A stretch of 64,000 bases of DNA from positions 1,773 through 65,772 of the forward strand of contig JAYEFL010000286.1 in the NCBI GenBank assembly GCA_034658635.1, read 5' to 3'. Within the stretch, counting starts at the first letter, position 1, and each line of letters starts with the position of its first letter. Below the pieces are notes generated by a model. It was not told the origin of the DNA. It saw only the letters and a program-made list of their open reading frames with translations, and ran no database searches. A program made the translations under genes and the position numbers. Positions 20,876 to 30,176 of this stretch are shown piece after piece. This DNA is from Bacteroidota bacterium. Lineage in GTDB: Bacteria; Bacteroidota; Bacteroidia; Bacteroidales; UBA12481.

Positions 20876-21754
20876 CTATCCTTTTAATGCCTCAGCCCCT
20901 CCAACAATTTCTAGTATTTCATTTGTAATGGAGGCCTGTCTGGCTTTATTGTAAGATAAATTGAGATTGCTGATCAAATCGGTAGCATTATCCGTGGCCT
21001 GGTGCATAGCAGTCATCCGGGCTCCGTGTTCAGCGGCTTTTGAATCCAATATTGCTTTGAAAAACTGAATTTTCAGGGCATCAGGAATAAGAACCCGGAT
21101 CATGTACTCAAGACTGGGCTCAAAAATATAATTATTCTGGTGACGAGAATCCTCCTCTTGGTTTATCTCCAAAGGAAGGAATTGCTCATGTGTAAGAATT
21201 TGAGAGGCAGCATTCTTAAACTCATTGTATATCAGATCAATACGGTCGTATTTGCCTTCTGCAAACTGATCCATCAATACCTGAGCCTGCAGTTGAATAT
21301 CTTCAAAGCTTGATACCTCAAGTATTTCATTGGACAAAGTTGTGAAACTGTATCCCTTGCTTTTCAGAATATCCCCACCCTTTTTTCCAACCAAAATCAA
21401 CTCCAGCTGTCCTTTTTGATATTGCTCAGCATAAACTGTATTCATCAATTCAATGCTCTTTCTAACAACGTTAGCAATAAAACCCCCACATAATCCGCGG
21501 TTCGCAGTAATTACCACAAGGGCAACTTTCTCAACCTGGCGTTGTGTGGAGTAAGGATTCGACTCTGCTGTTTCCAGGCTGCTGCTAATATGGGTAAGGA
21601 TTTCGTGCAATTTTCTTGCATACGGACGCATTTGCAAAATGGAATCCTGTGCTTTTTTGAGTTTAGCCGCTGAAACCATTTTCATGGCACTGGTAATCTG
21701 CCTGGTAGATTTTACCGAGCTAATCCTGGTGCGTATTTCTTTCAGACTGGCCAT
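20876..21754 (-). CDS. atpG: F1 ATP synthase subunit gamma
   Basis: 292 aa. The N-terminus is MASLKEIRTRISSVKSTRQITSAMKMVSAAKL and the C-terminus is ITNEILEIVGGAEAL. Confidence 0.95.
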   Translation of the reverse strand: MASLKEIRTRISSVKSTRQITSAMKMVSAAKLKKAQDSILQMRPYARKLHEILTHISSSLETAESNPYSTQRQVEKVALVVITANRGLCGGFIANVVRKSIELMNTVYAEQYQKGQLELILVGKKGGDILKSKGYSFTTLSNEILEVSSFEDIQLQAQVLMDQFAEGKYDRIDLIYNEFKNAASQILTHEQFLPLEINQEEDSRHQNNYIFEPSLEYMIRVLIPDALKIQFFKAILDSKAAEHGARMTAMHQATDNATDLISNLNLSYNKARQASITNEILEIVGGAEALKG

Positions 21755-21757
21755 TGG

Positions 21758-23335
21758 CTATTTATATTTTGTGGAAAATTCTTTTGCTGCTTTTTTCAGT
21801 ATTTCTTCTGAATCTGAAGTAATCTTACCAAGCAGTAATTCGGCTAAAACATTCTTTTCCTTCAGCTCAAGATATTCAAGGAAATCGTTTTGAAACTCTT
21901 TCACTTTTTCAACCGGAACATCCATTATTAGTCCACGTGCACCACAAAACAATATGGCAATTTGCTTATCAACCGGCATTGGCTCATGAAGGCCTTGCTT
22001 TAAAATTTCCACATTTCGTGATCCTTTACCCAGAACAGCTAAAGTTGCTGCATCCAGATCCGACCCAAACTTTGAGAAAGCCTCCAATTCGCGATACTGT
22101 GCCTGATCAAGTTTCAGTGTACCTGCAACTTTTTTCATAGCTTTTACCTGTGCTGCCCCACCCACACGAGAAACTGAAATACCAACATTAATAGCCGGTC
22201 TGACCCCAGAGTTAAACAATCTGGATTCCAGAAAAATCTGACCATCAGTAATGGAAATCACATTTGTTGGGATATATGCAGAAACATCTCCAGCCTGTGT
22301 TTCAACTATAGGAAGCGCTGTAAGAGATCCTCCGCCCTTAACTTTATCTCTCAAAGCGTCGGGAAGATCATTCATCTTCTGTGCAATCTCATCAGACTCA
22401 ATAATTTTGGCCGCTCTTTCAAGCAAGCGGGAATGCAAATAAAAAACATCACCAGGGTAAGCTTCTCGTCCGGGAGGACGACGCAGAAGCAATGAAACTT
22501 CACGATATGATACAGCTTGTTTTGACAGGTCATCATAAACGATTAGGGCTGACCTGCCTGTATCTCTGAAATACTCACCAATTGCAGCACCAGCAAATGG
22601 AGCATAAAACTGCATTGCAGCAGGATCAGCAGCAGTTGCAGTCACTATTATCGTATAAGGCATAGCTCCGAAATGCTCAAGAGTTTTCGCAATCTGAGCA
22701 ACTGTTGATCCCTTTTGTCCGATAGAAACATAGATACAATACACCGGCTCGCCTTTGTCATAAAATTCTTTCTGGTTGATAATAGTATCAATAGCTATCG
22801 CAGTCTTACCAGTTTGACGGTCGCCAATAATCAATTCCCTCTGTCCTCGCCCAATCGGAATCATAGCATCAATTGCCTTAATGCCGGTTTGCAAAGGCTC
22901 ATTAACAGGCTGACGGAAAATCACCCCCGGAGCTTTTCTTTCAAGGGGCAGTTCAAAAAGTTCGCCTTGCAGTGGACCTTTGCCATCAACAGGCTCTCCA
23001 ATGGTATTAATAATGCGTCCAAGCAATTGTTCTCCAACCGGTACAGATGCAATCTTCTGTGTACGCTTAACCAATCCTCCTTCTGTTATGCCTTCAGTCG
23101 GTCCGAGTAAAACGACACCAACATTGTCTTCTTCAAGATTTAGAACAATGCCTTTCACTCCATTTTCGAACTCAATTAATTCATTGGCCTGCACATTTGA
23201 CAGGCCATATACACGTGCAATTCCATCACCAACCTGAAGAACAGTTCCCACCTCTTCCATCTGGGTGCTGAGCTGAATTCCTTCAAGTTGTTTCTTTAAA
23301 ATCTCAGATACTTCTGCAGGTTTAATGTGAGCCAT
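21758..23335 (-). CDS. atpA: F1 ATP synthase subunit alpha
   Basis: 525 aa with Walker A GDRQTGKT and collinear similarity to AtpA over the full length. Confidence 0.98.
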   Translation of the reverse strand: MAHIKPAEVSEILKKQLEGIQLSTQMEEVGTVLQVGDGIARVYGLSNVQANELIEFENGVKGIVLNLEEDNVGVVLLGPTEGITEGGLVKRTQKIASVPVGEQLLGRIINTIGEPVDGKGPLQGELFELPLERKAPGVIFRQPVNEPLQTGIKAIDAMIPIGRGQRELIIGDRQTGKTAIAIDTIINQKEFYDKGEPVYCIYVSIGQKGSTVAQIAKTLEHFGAMPYTIIVTATAADPAAMQFYAPFAGAAIGEYFRDTGRSALIVYDDLSKQAVSYREVSLLLRRPPGREAYPGDVFYLHSRLLERAAKIIESDEIAQKMNDLPDALRDKVKGGGSLTALPIVETQAGDVSAYIPTNVISITDGQIFLESRLFNSGVRPAINVGISVSRVGGAAQVKAMKKVAGTLKLDQAQYRELEAFSKFGSDLDAATLAVLGKGSRNVEILKQGLHEPMPVDKQIAILFCGARGLIMDVPVEKVKEFQNDFLEYLELKEKNVLAELLLGKITSDSEEILKKAAKEFSTKYK

Positions 23336-23343
23336 AATCCTAT

Positions 23344-23901
23344 CTATTTTTCAATATTGGGCAATAATTTGTCAAAACAATCTTCGCTAACATGGAAGAA
23401 AACATCTGTTTCTTCTCCACTAAATTCTATTCTTGAGCCATCATATTCAATCAGCTCTAATCCATTTTCTTCACCCAGAATAACAATATCTCCATGTACT
23501 GAGCGATATAAAAAGCATAAGGGTCTTTTATTTTCAGCCTCTTCAATGAGTGCCACGGTTGATTCATCACTTGTATCCACTACAAATTCCAATTTGTGGG
23601 CTACTGCTGAGAGGCCCCTTTTTTGGGATTTTACTAAAGGATTTTCAGCTACATCTAAAACACGAAACCCGGCTTTTGGCTTCATTTTAATACTTACAGA
23701 AACTCCCTGGTTATCCTTATTGTTTTCTATGATATCAGACTTATAAGACCAGGCTAATACAGCTTTGAATGAACGCTTCCTTTTTGAACCGGAATAGGCA
23801 ACTTCAGACTTATCTGAAATATTTTCCCCCTGAATATTTTTTACATAATTCTTTGAATCCGGGCGGAATATGGTTAACAGCCATTTAAAGAAACGGTTCA
23901 T
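23344..23901 (-). CDS. Hypothetical protein embedded between atpH and atpA
   Basis: 185-aa uninterrupted ORF in AT-rich DNA, on the same strand as its neighbours. It lies 11 nt after the atpH stop and 8 nt before the atpA start. It is soluble, K/E-rich and looks beta-rich. I recognise no motif. Confidence 0.6.
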   Translation of the reverse strand: MNRFFKWLLTIFRPDSKNYVKNIQGENISDKSEVAYSGSKRKRSFKAVLAWSYKSDIIENNKDNQGVSVSIKMKPKAGFRVLDVAENPLVKSQKRGLSAVAHKLEFVVDTSDESTVALIEEAENKRPLCFLYRSVHGDIVILGEENGLELIEYDGSRIEFSGEETDVFFHVSEDCFDKLLPNIEK

Positions 23902-23912
23902 AGCGCTTGTTT

Positions 23913-24461
23913 TTATTGTATAAGGGTTTGGTCTAATTCTCGTCTGATTTTTTTCAACTGAGAAGCAATACTTACATCCAGCTGTTCATCATCAACCCTA
24001 AGGATAAATCCTCCTATCAGATCCGGATCTATTTGCTCTTCAAGCTCAATCTCAGCTGTATATCTTTGCTTCAGCAATACTTTAATTTTCTCAAGACTAT
24101 CAACCTGACTTTCTAAAACTGTAGTCAATCTTGCCCTGATAATCCCCTGGTCTTTACGGTACAAATGAAAGTACTTTCTGATCATTGCCGGCAAGTAGCT
24201 TTCTCTCTTATTTCTGGTAATTAGCTCCAAAAACCGAAAACTTAATTCCTGACAATGATTTTTAAAAAGAGCATTCAAAATGGTCAGCTTTTCACTCACC
24301 TGTAAAACCGGACTTTGAATAAACTCTGCGAACTCCGGAGTTTCCCTCAGCAGCTTGTCAATATACTTCAGATCATTAAGAACCTGCTCAGTAAGTTTCA
24401 AATCACGAGCCGATGCATATAAGGCTTTAGCATAACGAACAGCTATTGAACTATCATTCAT
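23913..24461 (-). CDS. atpH: F1 ATP synthase subunit delta (OSCP)
   Basis: 182 aa. VRYAKALY at the N-terminus and GGFILRVDDEQLDVSI at the C-terminus are typical of OSCP. Confidence 0.9.
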   Translation of the reverse strand: MNDSSIAVRYAKALYASARDLKLTEQVLNDLKYIDKLLRETPEFAEFIQSPVLQVSEKLTILNALFKNHCQELSFRFLELITRNKRESYLPAMIRKYFHLYRKDQGIIRARLTTVLESQVDSLEKIKVLLKQRYTAEIELEEQIDPDLIGGFILRVDDEQLDVSIASQLKKIRRELDQTLIQ

Positions 24462-24463
24462 AA

Positions 24464-24958
24464 TTAATTCAGCTTCATATCCTTAAGCATGTCATTTATC
24501 AATGCTTCACTTTTGGTTACATCACTCAGTTCAGTACGTAGAATTTTTTCTGCTACCTGAACTGAAAGAACTGAGATCTGCTTCTTTATCTCACCTATTG
24601 CACTAACTTTTTCACTCTCGATTAGTTTCCTGGCATTTTCCAGTAGTTTTTCTCCTTCTTTTACAGCCTCTGATCGTGCGACTTCGAGCATTTCATCTCT
24701 CATTTTTCTGGCTTCACCCATAAGAACATCTCTTTCAGCACGTGCTTCCATCATAATTTTTTCATGATCTGCCCGGAGAGCAGCCATTTCTTTTCTGGCA
24801 GCATCAGCAGCCCGAAGAGCCTCATCAATAGACTCTTCCCGGTCTTTCAGTCCTTTAAGAATTGGACCCCATGCAAATTTAGCAAGTATAAAAAAGACCA
24901 GACCAAATGCCAAAACCATCCAGAAAATCGTACCATAAGCGGGACTAATTAAACCCAT
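24464..24958 (-). CDS. atpF: F0 ATP synthase subunit b
   Basis: 164 aa with a single N-terminal TM helix followed by a long charged helix (AEAR, REMLE-type repeats). Confidence 0.9.
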   Translation of the reverse strand: MGLISPAYGTIFWMVLAFGLVFFILAKFAWGPILKGLKDREESIDEALRAADAARKEMAALRADHEKIMMEARAERDVLMGEARKMRDEMLEVARSEAVKEGEKLLENARKLIESEKVSAIGEIKKQISVLSVQVAEKILRTELSDVTKSEALINDMLKDMKLN

Positions 24959-24984
24959 ATCAATGTTTTTGGTAGATTAATAAA

Positions 24985-25015
24985 GGTTGCAGAGCGGCTA
25001 CCCCGAACTGCAACC
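24985..25015 (-). terminator. Intercistronic stem-loop between atpE and atpF (possible attenuator or mRNA stabiliser)
   Basis: GGTTGCAG (24985-24992) pairs perfectly with CTGCAACC (25008-25015) around a 15-nt loop. On the minus-strand transcript it is followed by UUUAUUAAU. Confidence 0.4.
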
Positions 25016-25022
25016 AAAAGGC

Positions 25023-25298
<276 letters not shown>

Positions 25299-25313
25299 TT
25301 AAAATACAGAAAA

Positions 25314-26432
25314 TTAATGTCCTTCTTCTTTTGCCATCCCAAAATACAAGGCAGACAGCAGGGTGAATACATAAGCCTGGATAAATGCAACCAGGAACTC
25401 AAGCATAGTCATAAAAATATAAAAGAGAACAGAAATCACAGAAACGCCATAACCAGCGATCCAGTGAATTTGCCCAAAAATGAAAATCAAAGCAATGAAG
25501 CTAAGCACAATAAAGTGTCCGGCAAGCATATTTGCAAAAAGCCGGATACACAGAACCAGGGGTTTGGTAAATACTCCAAGCAGCTCAATAAAGGGCATGA
25601 GTGGAATTGGAAATTTCAACCACCATGGAACACCGGGAGCATTAAAAATATGTTTCCAATAATGCTTGTTTGTAGAAAAAGCAGTAATCAGGAAAGTAGC
25701 AATAGCCAAAACTGCTGTAATAGCAATATTGCCAGTCACATTAGCACCCCCGGGAGGAATTGGAATAATACCCATCAAATTATTCAGAAGAATAAAGAAA
25801 AAGACGCTAAGCAGGAAAGGCATAAATTTTTCATACCTTTTTTTCCCGATAGAGGGGATGGCAATATCGTCGCGTACAAAAATGATAATCGGCTCCATAG
25901 CAGATTGCAGCCCTCTGGGTGCAGTATTTGGATTATGCTTGTATCTTCTGGCTACCGAAAGAAAAATCCACAGCAGCAAACCCAGACTCACAAACATAGC
26001 CGTTACTGTTTTTGTAATTGAAAAATCCAGAGGAAGCTCAGCTTCAATTATTTCGTGGCCATGTTCATCGGCAGGTACAATTTTACCTTCCCTATCTCCT
26101 TTGTCAGCAATCATAAATCCTTTATAGGAACTATGACCATGATGAAATTTGGATGACATAAAAACATGCAATCCCGACTTCTTTGAGTAGAGAATAATTG
26201 GCAATGGAACACTGATATGCTTATCCCCCACAGTCATAATATGCCATTCGTATGAGTCCATCACATGTTCCAGCATAAAGACTCCTGGATCAAACTCAGC
26301 CTCATCTTCAGCATGTGGAGTACCGGTAGCTTCTTCAGAGTGATCCTGTGCAACCAGACCAAAAGCGCTGAAAGAAAAGATCAATAATACGGTCAATAAT
26401 TTCTTCATCTGCATACTTGCCAATATACCCAT
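25314..26432 (-). CDS. atpB: F0 ATP synthase subunit a
   Basis: 372 aa. It carries the RLFANMLAGH motif and the N-terminal signal-like extension seen in Bacteroidota. Alternative starts exist at 26414 and 26408. Confidence 0.93.
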   Translation of the reverse strand: MGILASMQMKKLLTVLLIFSFSAFGLVAQDHSEEATGTPHAEDEAEFDPGVFMLEHVMDSYEWHIMTVGDKHISVPLPIILYSKKSGLHVFMSSKFHHGHSSYKGFMIADKGDREGKIVPADEHGHEIIEAELPLDFSITKTVTAMFVSLGLLLWIFLSVARRYKHNPNTAPRGLQSAMEPIIIFVRDDIAIPSIGKKRYEKFMPFLLSVFFFILLNNLMGIIPIPPGGANVTGNIAITAVLAIATFLITAFSTNKHYWKHIFNAPGVPWWLKFPIPLMPFIELLGVFTKPLVLCIRLFANMLAGHFIVLSFIALIFIFGQIHWIAGYGVSVISVLFYIFMTMLEFLVAFIQAYVFTLLSALYFGMAKEEGH

Positions 26433-26460
26433 TTCAGGGAAAGTTCAAAGGTAAAAAAAA

Positions 26461-26841
26461 TTAGCGATCGCCCTCAACAAGTTTTTGCAATGCCCTGACT
26501 TCGAAACCCGTGAAAATTGCATACAATGAAAACAAAACAACAACAAAAGGCAATACATCACTTTTATCAAAAAGCAAGTAGATAACCGTAACAAACATCA
26601 AGGCTAAAAGTTTTAAAGCAGAAGCAGCCATAAAGACATTTGAGAAGCGCTTGGGTTTCTTTTTAAGCGATTGCATAAGATACCAATGCTCCAATCCGGT
26701 AACAAAAGCGAAAAAACCTACCATCCATGAGTGAATGGGTAAATAATATTCTGATAATATGGTAGCACCTAATGCCAGGATCAGAATGATCAGCACGACT
26801 GACATCCCGGCCAATCGATACAGGTAGCTTGAATACTTCAT
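26461..26841 (-). CDS. Small 4-TM membrane protein of the ATP synthase leader region
   Basis: 126 aa with four hydrophobic helices. Its start overlaps the AtpZ stop (ATGA). Confidence 0.55.
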   Translation of the reverse strand: MKYSSYLYRLAGMSVVLIILILALGATILSEYYLPIHSWMVGFFAFVTGLEHWYLMQSLKKKPKRFSNVFMAASALKLLALMFVTVIYLLFDKSDVLPFVVVLFSLYAIFTGFEVRALQKLVEGDR

Positions 26842-27077
26842 TTATTCAGTTCTTTTATCAATAAGTAAAGGGATAAAAAAAGCCCTGATGTTGACAGGAC
26901 CAAAGTAAATATCGGGAATTCCAGTTTAAGCCACTCATCCAATTTCATTCCCCCAAAAAAGCCAAGCAAGATCGCAGCAATCCACTTGAATGCCATGTTT
27001 GAATACCGGGCATACTCACGCAGGGGATTATGATTATTCCCTTGCTTATTTTCTTGGGATTTCTTTTTGATTGCCAT
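26838..27077 (-). CDS. AtpZ/AtpI-family small membrane protein
   Basis: The ORF extends to 27128. The likely start is 27077 (MAIKKKSQ...). The segment YSNMAFKWIAAILLGFFGGMKLDEWL plus a second TM helix is typical of AtpZ/AtpI. Confidence 0.6.
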   Translation of the reverse strand: MAIKKKSQENKQGNNHNPLREYARYSNMAFKWIAAILLGFFGGMKLDEWLKLEFPIFTLVLSTSGLFLSLYLLIKELNK

Positions 27078-27420
27078 CCGGGTTACCATCCATTTTACAG
27101 GAACCGGTAAAAACCGCACCCGGTTCAATAGCCAGTTTTTTCGTTACAATTTCACCTTGAATTACAGCTGAAGCTTTCAGGCTGACCAATTCAGAGGCCT
27201 GGATATTTCCAATCACCTTTCCGGAAACTTCAATAAGCTGGCAAACGATATCACCATTTACCATTCCGGGAGAACCAATGACAACTTTGCCACGTATAGT
27301 AATTTTACCCTTTAATTGTCCGTCAACTCGAATTCCTGATGAGGATTCAATATCTCCAGTGACTTTTGTACCGGCCGAGACCAGGTTAATATTGTTTGCT
27401 GTTTCCATTTCTTTTGCCAT
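27046..27420 (-). CDS. Bactofilin (polymer-forming cytoskeletal protein, DUF583)
   Basis: ATG 27420 gives MAKEMET... The sequence has a repetitive beta-helix pattern: TKVTGDIESSSGIRVDGQLKGKITIRGKVVIGSPGMVNGDIV...VIGNIQA. Confidence 0.8.
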   Translation of the reverse strand: MAKEMETANNINLVSAGTKVTGDIESSSGIRVDGQLKGKITIRGKVVIGSPGMVNGDIVCQLIEVSGKVIGNIQASELVSLKASAVIQGEIVTKKLAIEPGAVFTGSCKMDGNPDGNQKEIPRK

Positions 27421-27469
27421 AATCACTGAAATTTAGATCAAAAATATCAAAAAGCTGAGTGAAATAAAA

Positions 27470-28465
27470 TTATTTTGAGTCATAAGCCCAAGTTAGATAA
27501 ACCGATCCCCAGGTAAATCCACCTCCAAAGGCTGTCAAAATGATCTTATCCCCCTTTTTCAGCTTATCTTCATACTCCCAGAGACATAACGGGATAGTGG
27601 CATCAGTAGTATTTCCATACTTATGAATATTAATCATAACCTGTTCGCGCTTAATACGCATTCTTCTGGCAACAGCCTCAATAATTCTAAGATTAGCCTG
27701 ATGAGGAACAAGCCAGGTAAGCTCATCAGAGGAAATATTGTGCTTTTCCATCATTTCAACAGCAATATCTGCCATTTTGGTGACAGCAACCTTAAAAACG
27801 GCTTGCCCTTCCTGAAAAACAAAATGTTCGCGACGATCAATGGTTTCGTGAGAAGCCGGAGATATAGATCCTCCCGATTTCTGATACAGAAAATTACGTC
27901 CGGCTCCATCTACTTTCAGCATATGGTCCTGAATTCCATATTCCTCGCTTGGCTCAAGCATAACTGCACCAGCCCCATCACCAAACAGTGGACAGGTTGT
28001 ACGATCCTGATAATTGGTGATTGATGTCATTTTATCAGCCCCAACACAGATGATCTTTTTCGCTGAACCGGTCTCGATAAACTTCGATGCAACGGTAAGC
28101 AAAAAAATAAAGCCTGAACAAGCAGCAGACATATCAAAACTGTAAGCATTTTTTATGCCAATCTTATCACAAATAATATTAGCGGTAGCAGGAAATTGCA
28201 TATCCGGCGTTACGGTAGCGCAAATAAGAATCTCCACCTCATCAGGGTGGGTTCCTGTTTTTCGTAAAAGCTCTTCAACAGCAGGGACCGCCATATCAGA
28301 AGTTCCTTTGCCTGTTTCTTTCAGTATTCTTCTTTCCTTTATCCCGGTACGGGTGGTTATCCACTCATCAGTGGTATCAACCATATTCTCTATATCAGCA
28401 TTTGAGAGAATGTCTTTTGGTACATAACCAGCAACGCCAGTAATGGCAGCATGAATATTTCCCAT
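27470..28465 (-). CDS. fabH: Beta-ketoacyl-ACP synthase III
   Basis: 331 aa with the active-site Cys in SAACSGF, His in VPHQANLRI, and GNTTDATIP. Confidence 0.95.
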   Translation of the reverse strand: MGNIHAAITGVAGYVPKDILSNADIENMVDTTDEWITTRTGIKERRILKETGKGTSDMAVPAVEELLRKTGTHPDEVEILICATVTPDMQFPATANIICDKIGIKNAYSFDMSAACSGFIFLLTVASKFIETGSAKKIICVGADKMTSITNYQDRTTCPLFGDGAGAVMLEPSEEYGIQDHMLKVDGAGRNFLYQKSGGSISPASHETIDRREHFVFQEGQAVFKVAVTKMADIAVEMMEKHNISSDELTWLVPHQANLRIIEAVARRMRIKREQVMINIHKYGNTTDATIPLCLWEYEDKLKKGDKIILTAFGGGFTWGSVYLTWAYDSK

Positions 28466-29403
28466 TATTTAAACGCTTTTTTGAGTTTTTTGATCAAACC
28501 TGATTCAACAATATTTTTGTTTTGAATCAGCATGTTTTTTATAGCCATAGGGCTTGATATTCCATGGCCTATTAAAACCTGAGAACCAATACCAAGGATT
28601 GGAGTACCTCCCAGGTTCTCATAATTGAATTGCTCAAAGAAAGGATCTCCATTCTTGACTTTCAGCATCAGATTATAAAAAGATTCAGCTTGTTTGAGAA
28701 CCACATTTCCTGTGAATCCATCACAAACTACCACATCAGCACGATTAAAGAACAAGCCATTACCTTCAACATTTCCAATAAAGTCGAAATCCGGGGTTCC
28801 TTTCATGAGCTGAAAAGCCGACTTGGTGAGCAGATTTCCTTTGTCTTCTTCAGAACCAATATTCAAAAGTCCTACTCTGGGCTTCTCAATACCATACACA
28901 TAATGTGAATATAAAGAACCCATTATACCATATTGATACAGTACATCCGGTCGTGCATCAGGATTTAGTCCTACATCCAGCAACAGATTAAACCCTCCAT
29001 CTTTCTGAGGAAGCGCGACTGCTATTGCTGGTCTTATTAATCCCGGAATCGGCTTAATGGTAAACATTGCACCAGCCAGCATTGCACCGGTATTTCCAGC
29101 GCTACAAAAGGCATCAAGTTCACCAGAGGCCAGCATACCGAATCCTTTGGAGATACTTGAGTCGGGTTTTTGCGACAAAGCCCTGACCGGATGGTCTCCC
29201 ATTTCAATTATTTGGCTGGAATGAATGATCTCAAAATCACCAGGATCTTCCCCGATAGCAGAAAACTGCTTGTTGATGATTTTCTCATCTCCAAACAGCA
29301 CTAGTTTTACCTGGGCAGGTAGCTCCCGTCTGGCCATAACAGCTCCATTGACAGTAGCCTTGGGCGCAAAATCACCCCCCATTATATCCAACCCGATTCT
29401 CAT
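28465..29403 (-). CDS. plsX: Phosphate acyltransferase PlsX
   Basis: The canonical N-terminus MRIGLDIMGGDFAP is obtained from ATG 29403 (ORF maximum 29418). The stop overlaps the fabH start by 1 nt. Confidence 0.93.
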   Translation of the reverse strand: MRIGLDIMGGDFAPKATVNGAVMARRELPAQVKLVLFGDEKIINKQFSAIGEDPGDFEIIHSSQIIEMGDHPVRALSQKPDSSISKGFGMLASGELDAFCSAGNTGAMLAGAMFTIKPIPGLIRPAIAVALPQKDGGFNLLLDVGLNPDARPDVLYQYGIMGSLYSHYVYGIEKPRVGLLNIGSEEDKGNLLTKSAFQLMKGTPDFDFIGNVEGNGLFFNRADVVVCDGFTGNVVLKQAESFYNLMLKVKNGDPFFEQFNYENLGGTPILGIGSQVLIGHGISSPMAIKNMLIQNKNIVESGLIKKLKKAFK

Positions 29404-29426
29404 GTCGGATGGTCTCATATACCTGA

Positions 29427-29612
29427 CTAAGCGCTTACTTCCTGATCAATTGCTAACTTACCACGGTAGTGTCCACACTCCGGACATACACGATGGTATT
29501 GAACAGCTGCTCCACAGTTTGAGCAGGCTGACAATTGAACCGGTGTTGCTTTATAATGAGTTCTCCTCTTATTTCTCCGTTGCTTGGAAATCTTATGCTT
29601 AGGATGTGCCAT
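29427..29612 (-). CDS. rpmF: 50S ribosomal protein L32
   Basis: 61 aa beginning MAHPKHKISKQRRNKRRTHYK, with a CSNCG...CPECG zinc ribbon. Confidence 0.95.
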   Translation of the reverse strand: MAHPKHKISKQRRNKRRTHYKATPVQLSACSNCGAAVQYHRVCPECGHYRGKLAIDQEVSA

Positions 29613-29635
29613 CTCACTAAATATTTAATTATTAT

Positions 29636-30115
29636 TTACTCGTCTGTTATTAATCCAATCTCATTTAGCTTATCCAACATGTCAGGATTACAAGTTGACA
29701 AACCATCCTCATCATCCGGATGAATCTTTTTAATCGGTAAACTAAGTACAATATGTTCGTAAATATAGCCTGCCAGGTCTATTTCATGGTCTCCTCTTGG
29801 AATCCATATCACATCCAGCTCATCTTCACTATTGCCATCTCCGAATTTGCCATACAAGGTAAACCCGGAGTCAAGTGGCTGTTTAAAGCTATCCAAACAT
29901 CTGTCACAAACAACATCAATCTCTCCAGACAAGTGTAAATCAAATTGCATTTGTCTATCTGACTTGGTCATTATGACAGTAATTTTAACCTGACCTTGAC
30001 TAATTTCACTATCTTCAAAAAACGCAAAGAACGAATCACTCACATCAAAAACCATCTCATGCACCCCAATCTCATACGAATGGAACTGGATTTTAAATGT
30101 GTTTAAACGGGCCAT
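29636..30115 (-). CDS. YceD/DUF177 family protein
   Basis: It occupies the conserved position upstream of rpmF. It has the CDRCL motif and an acidic C-terminus. The likely start is ATG 30115 (MARLNTFKIQF). Confidence 0.8.
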   Translation of the reverse strand: MARLNTFKIQFHSYEIGVHEMVFDVSDSFFAFFEDSEISQGQVKITVIMTKSDRQMQFDLHLSGEIDVVCDRCLDSFKQPLDSGFTLYGKFGDGNSEDELDVIWIPRGDHEIDLAGYIYEHIVLSLPIKKIHPDDEDGLSTCNPDMLDKLNEIGLITDE

Positions 30116-30176
30116 TTTTATGCTTAAAAAATTGCCGTGCAAAGCTATAAAAGAAATCTTGAATAAAAAAGCGGCT

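Noticed and set aside
25317-26021. A long (234-aa) plus-strand ORF lies antisense to atpB. Similar antisense ORFs occur at 8601-9155, 10292-10749, 22715-23237, 23327-23746 and 47256-48230.
   Set aside because: All lie opposite strongly supported genes. They have N/K/Q/S/H-rich, low-complexity or Cys-odd compositions typical of shadow frames, and no recognisable motifs.
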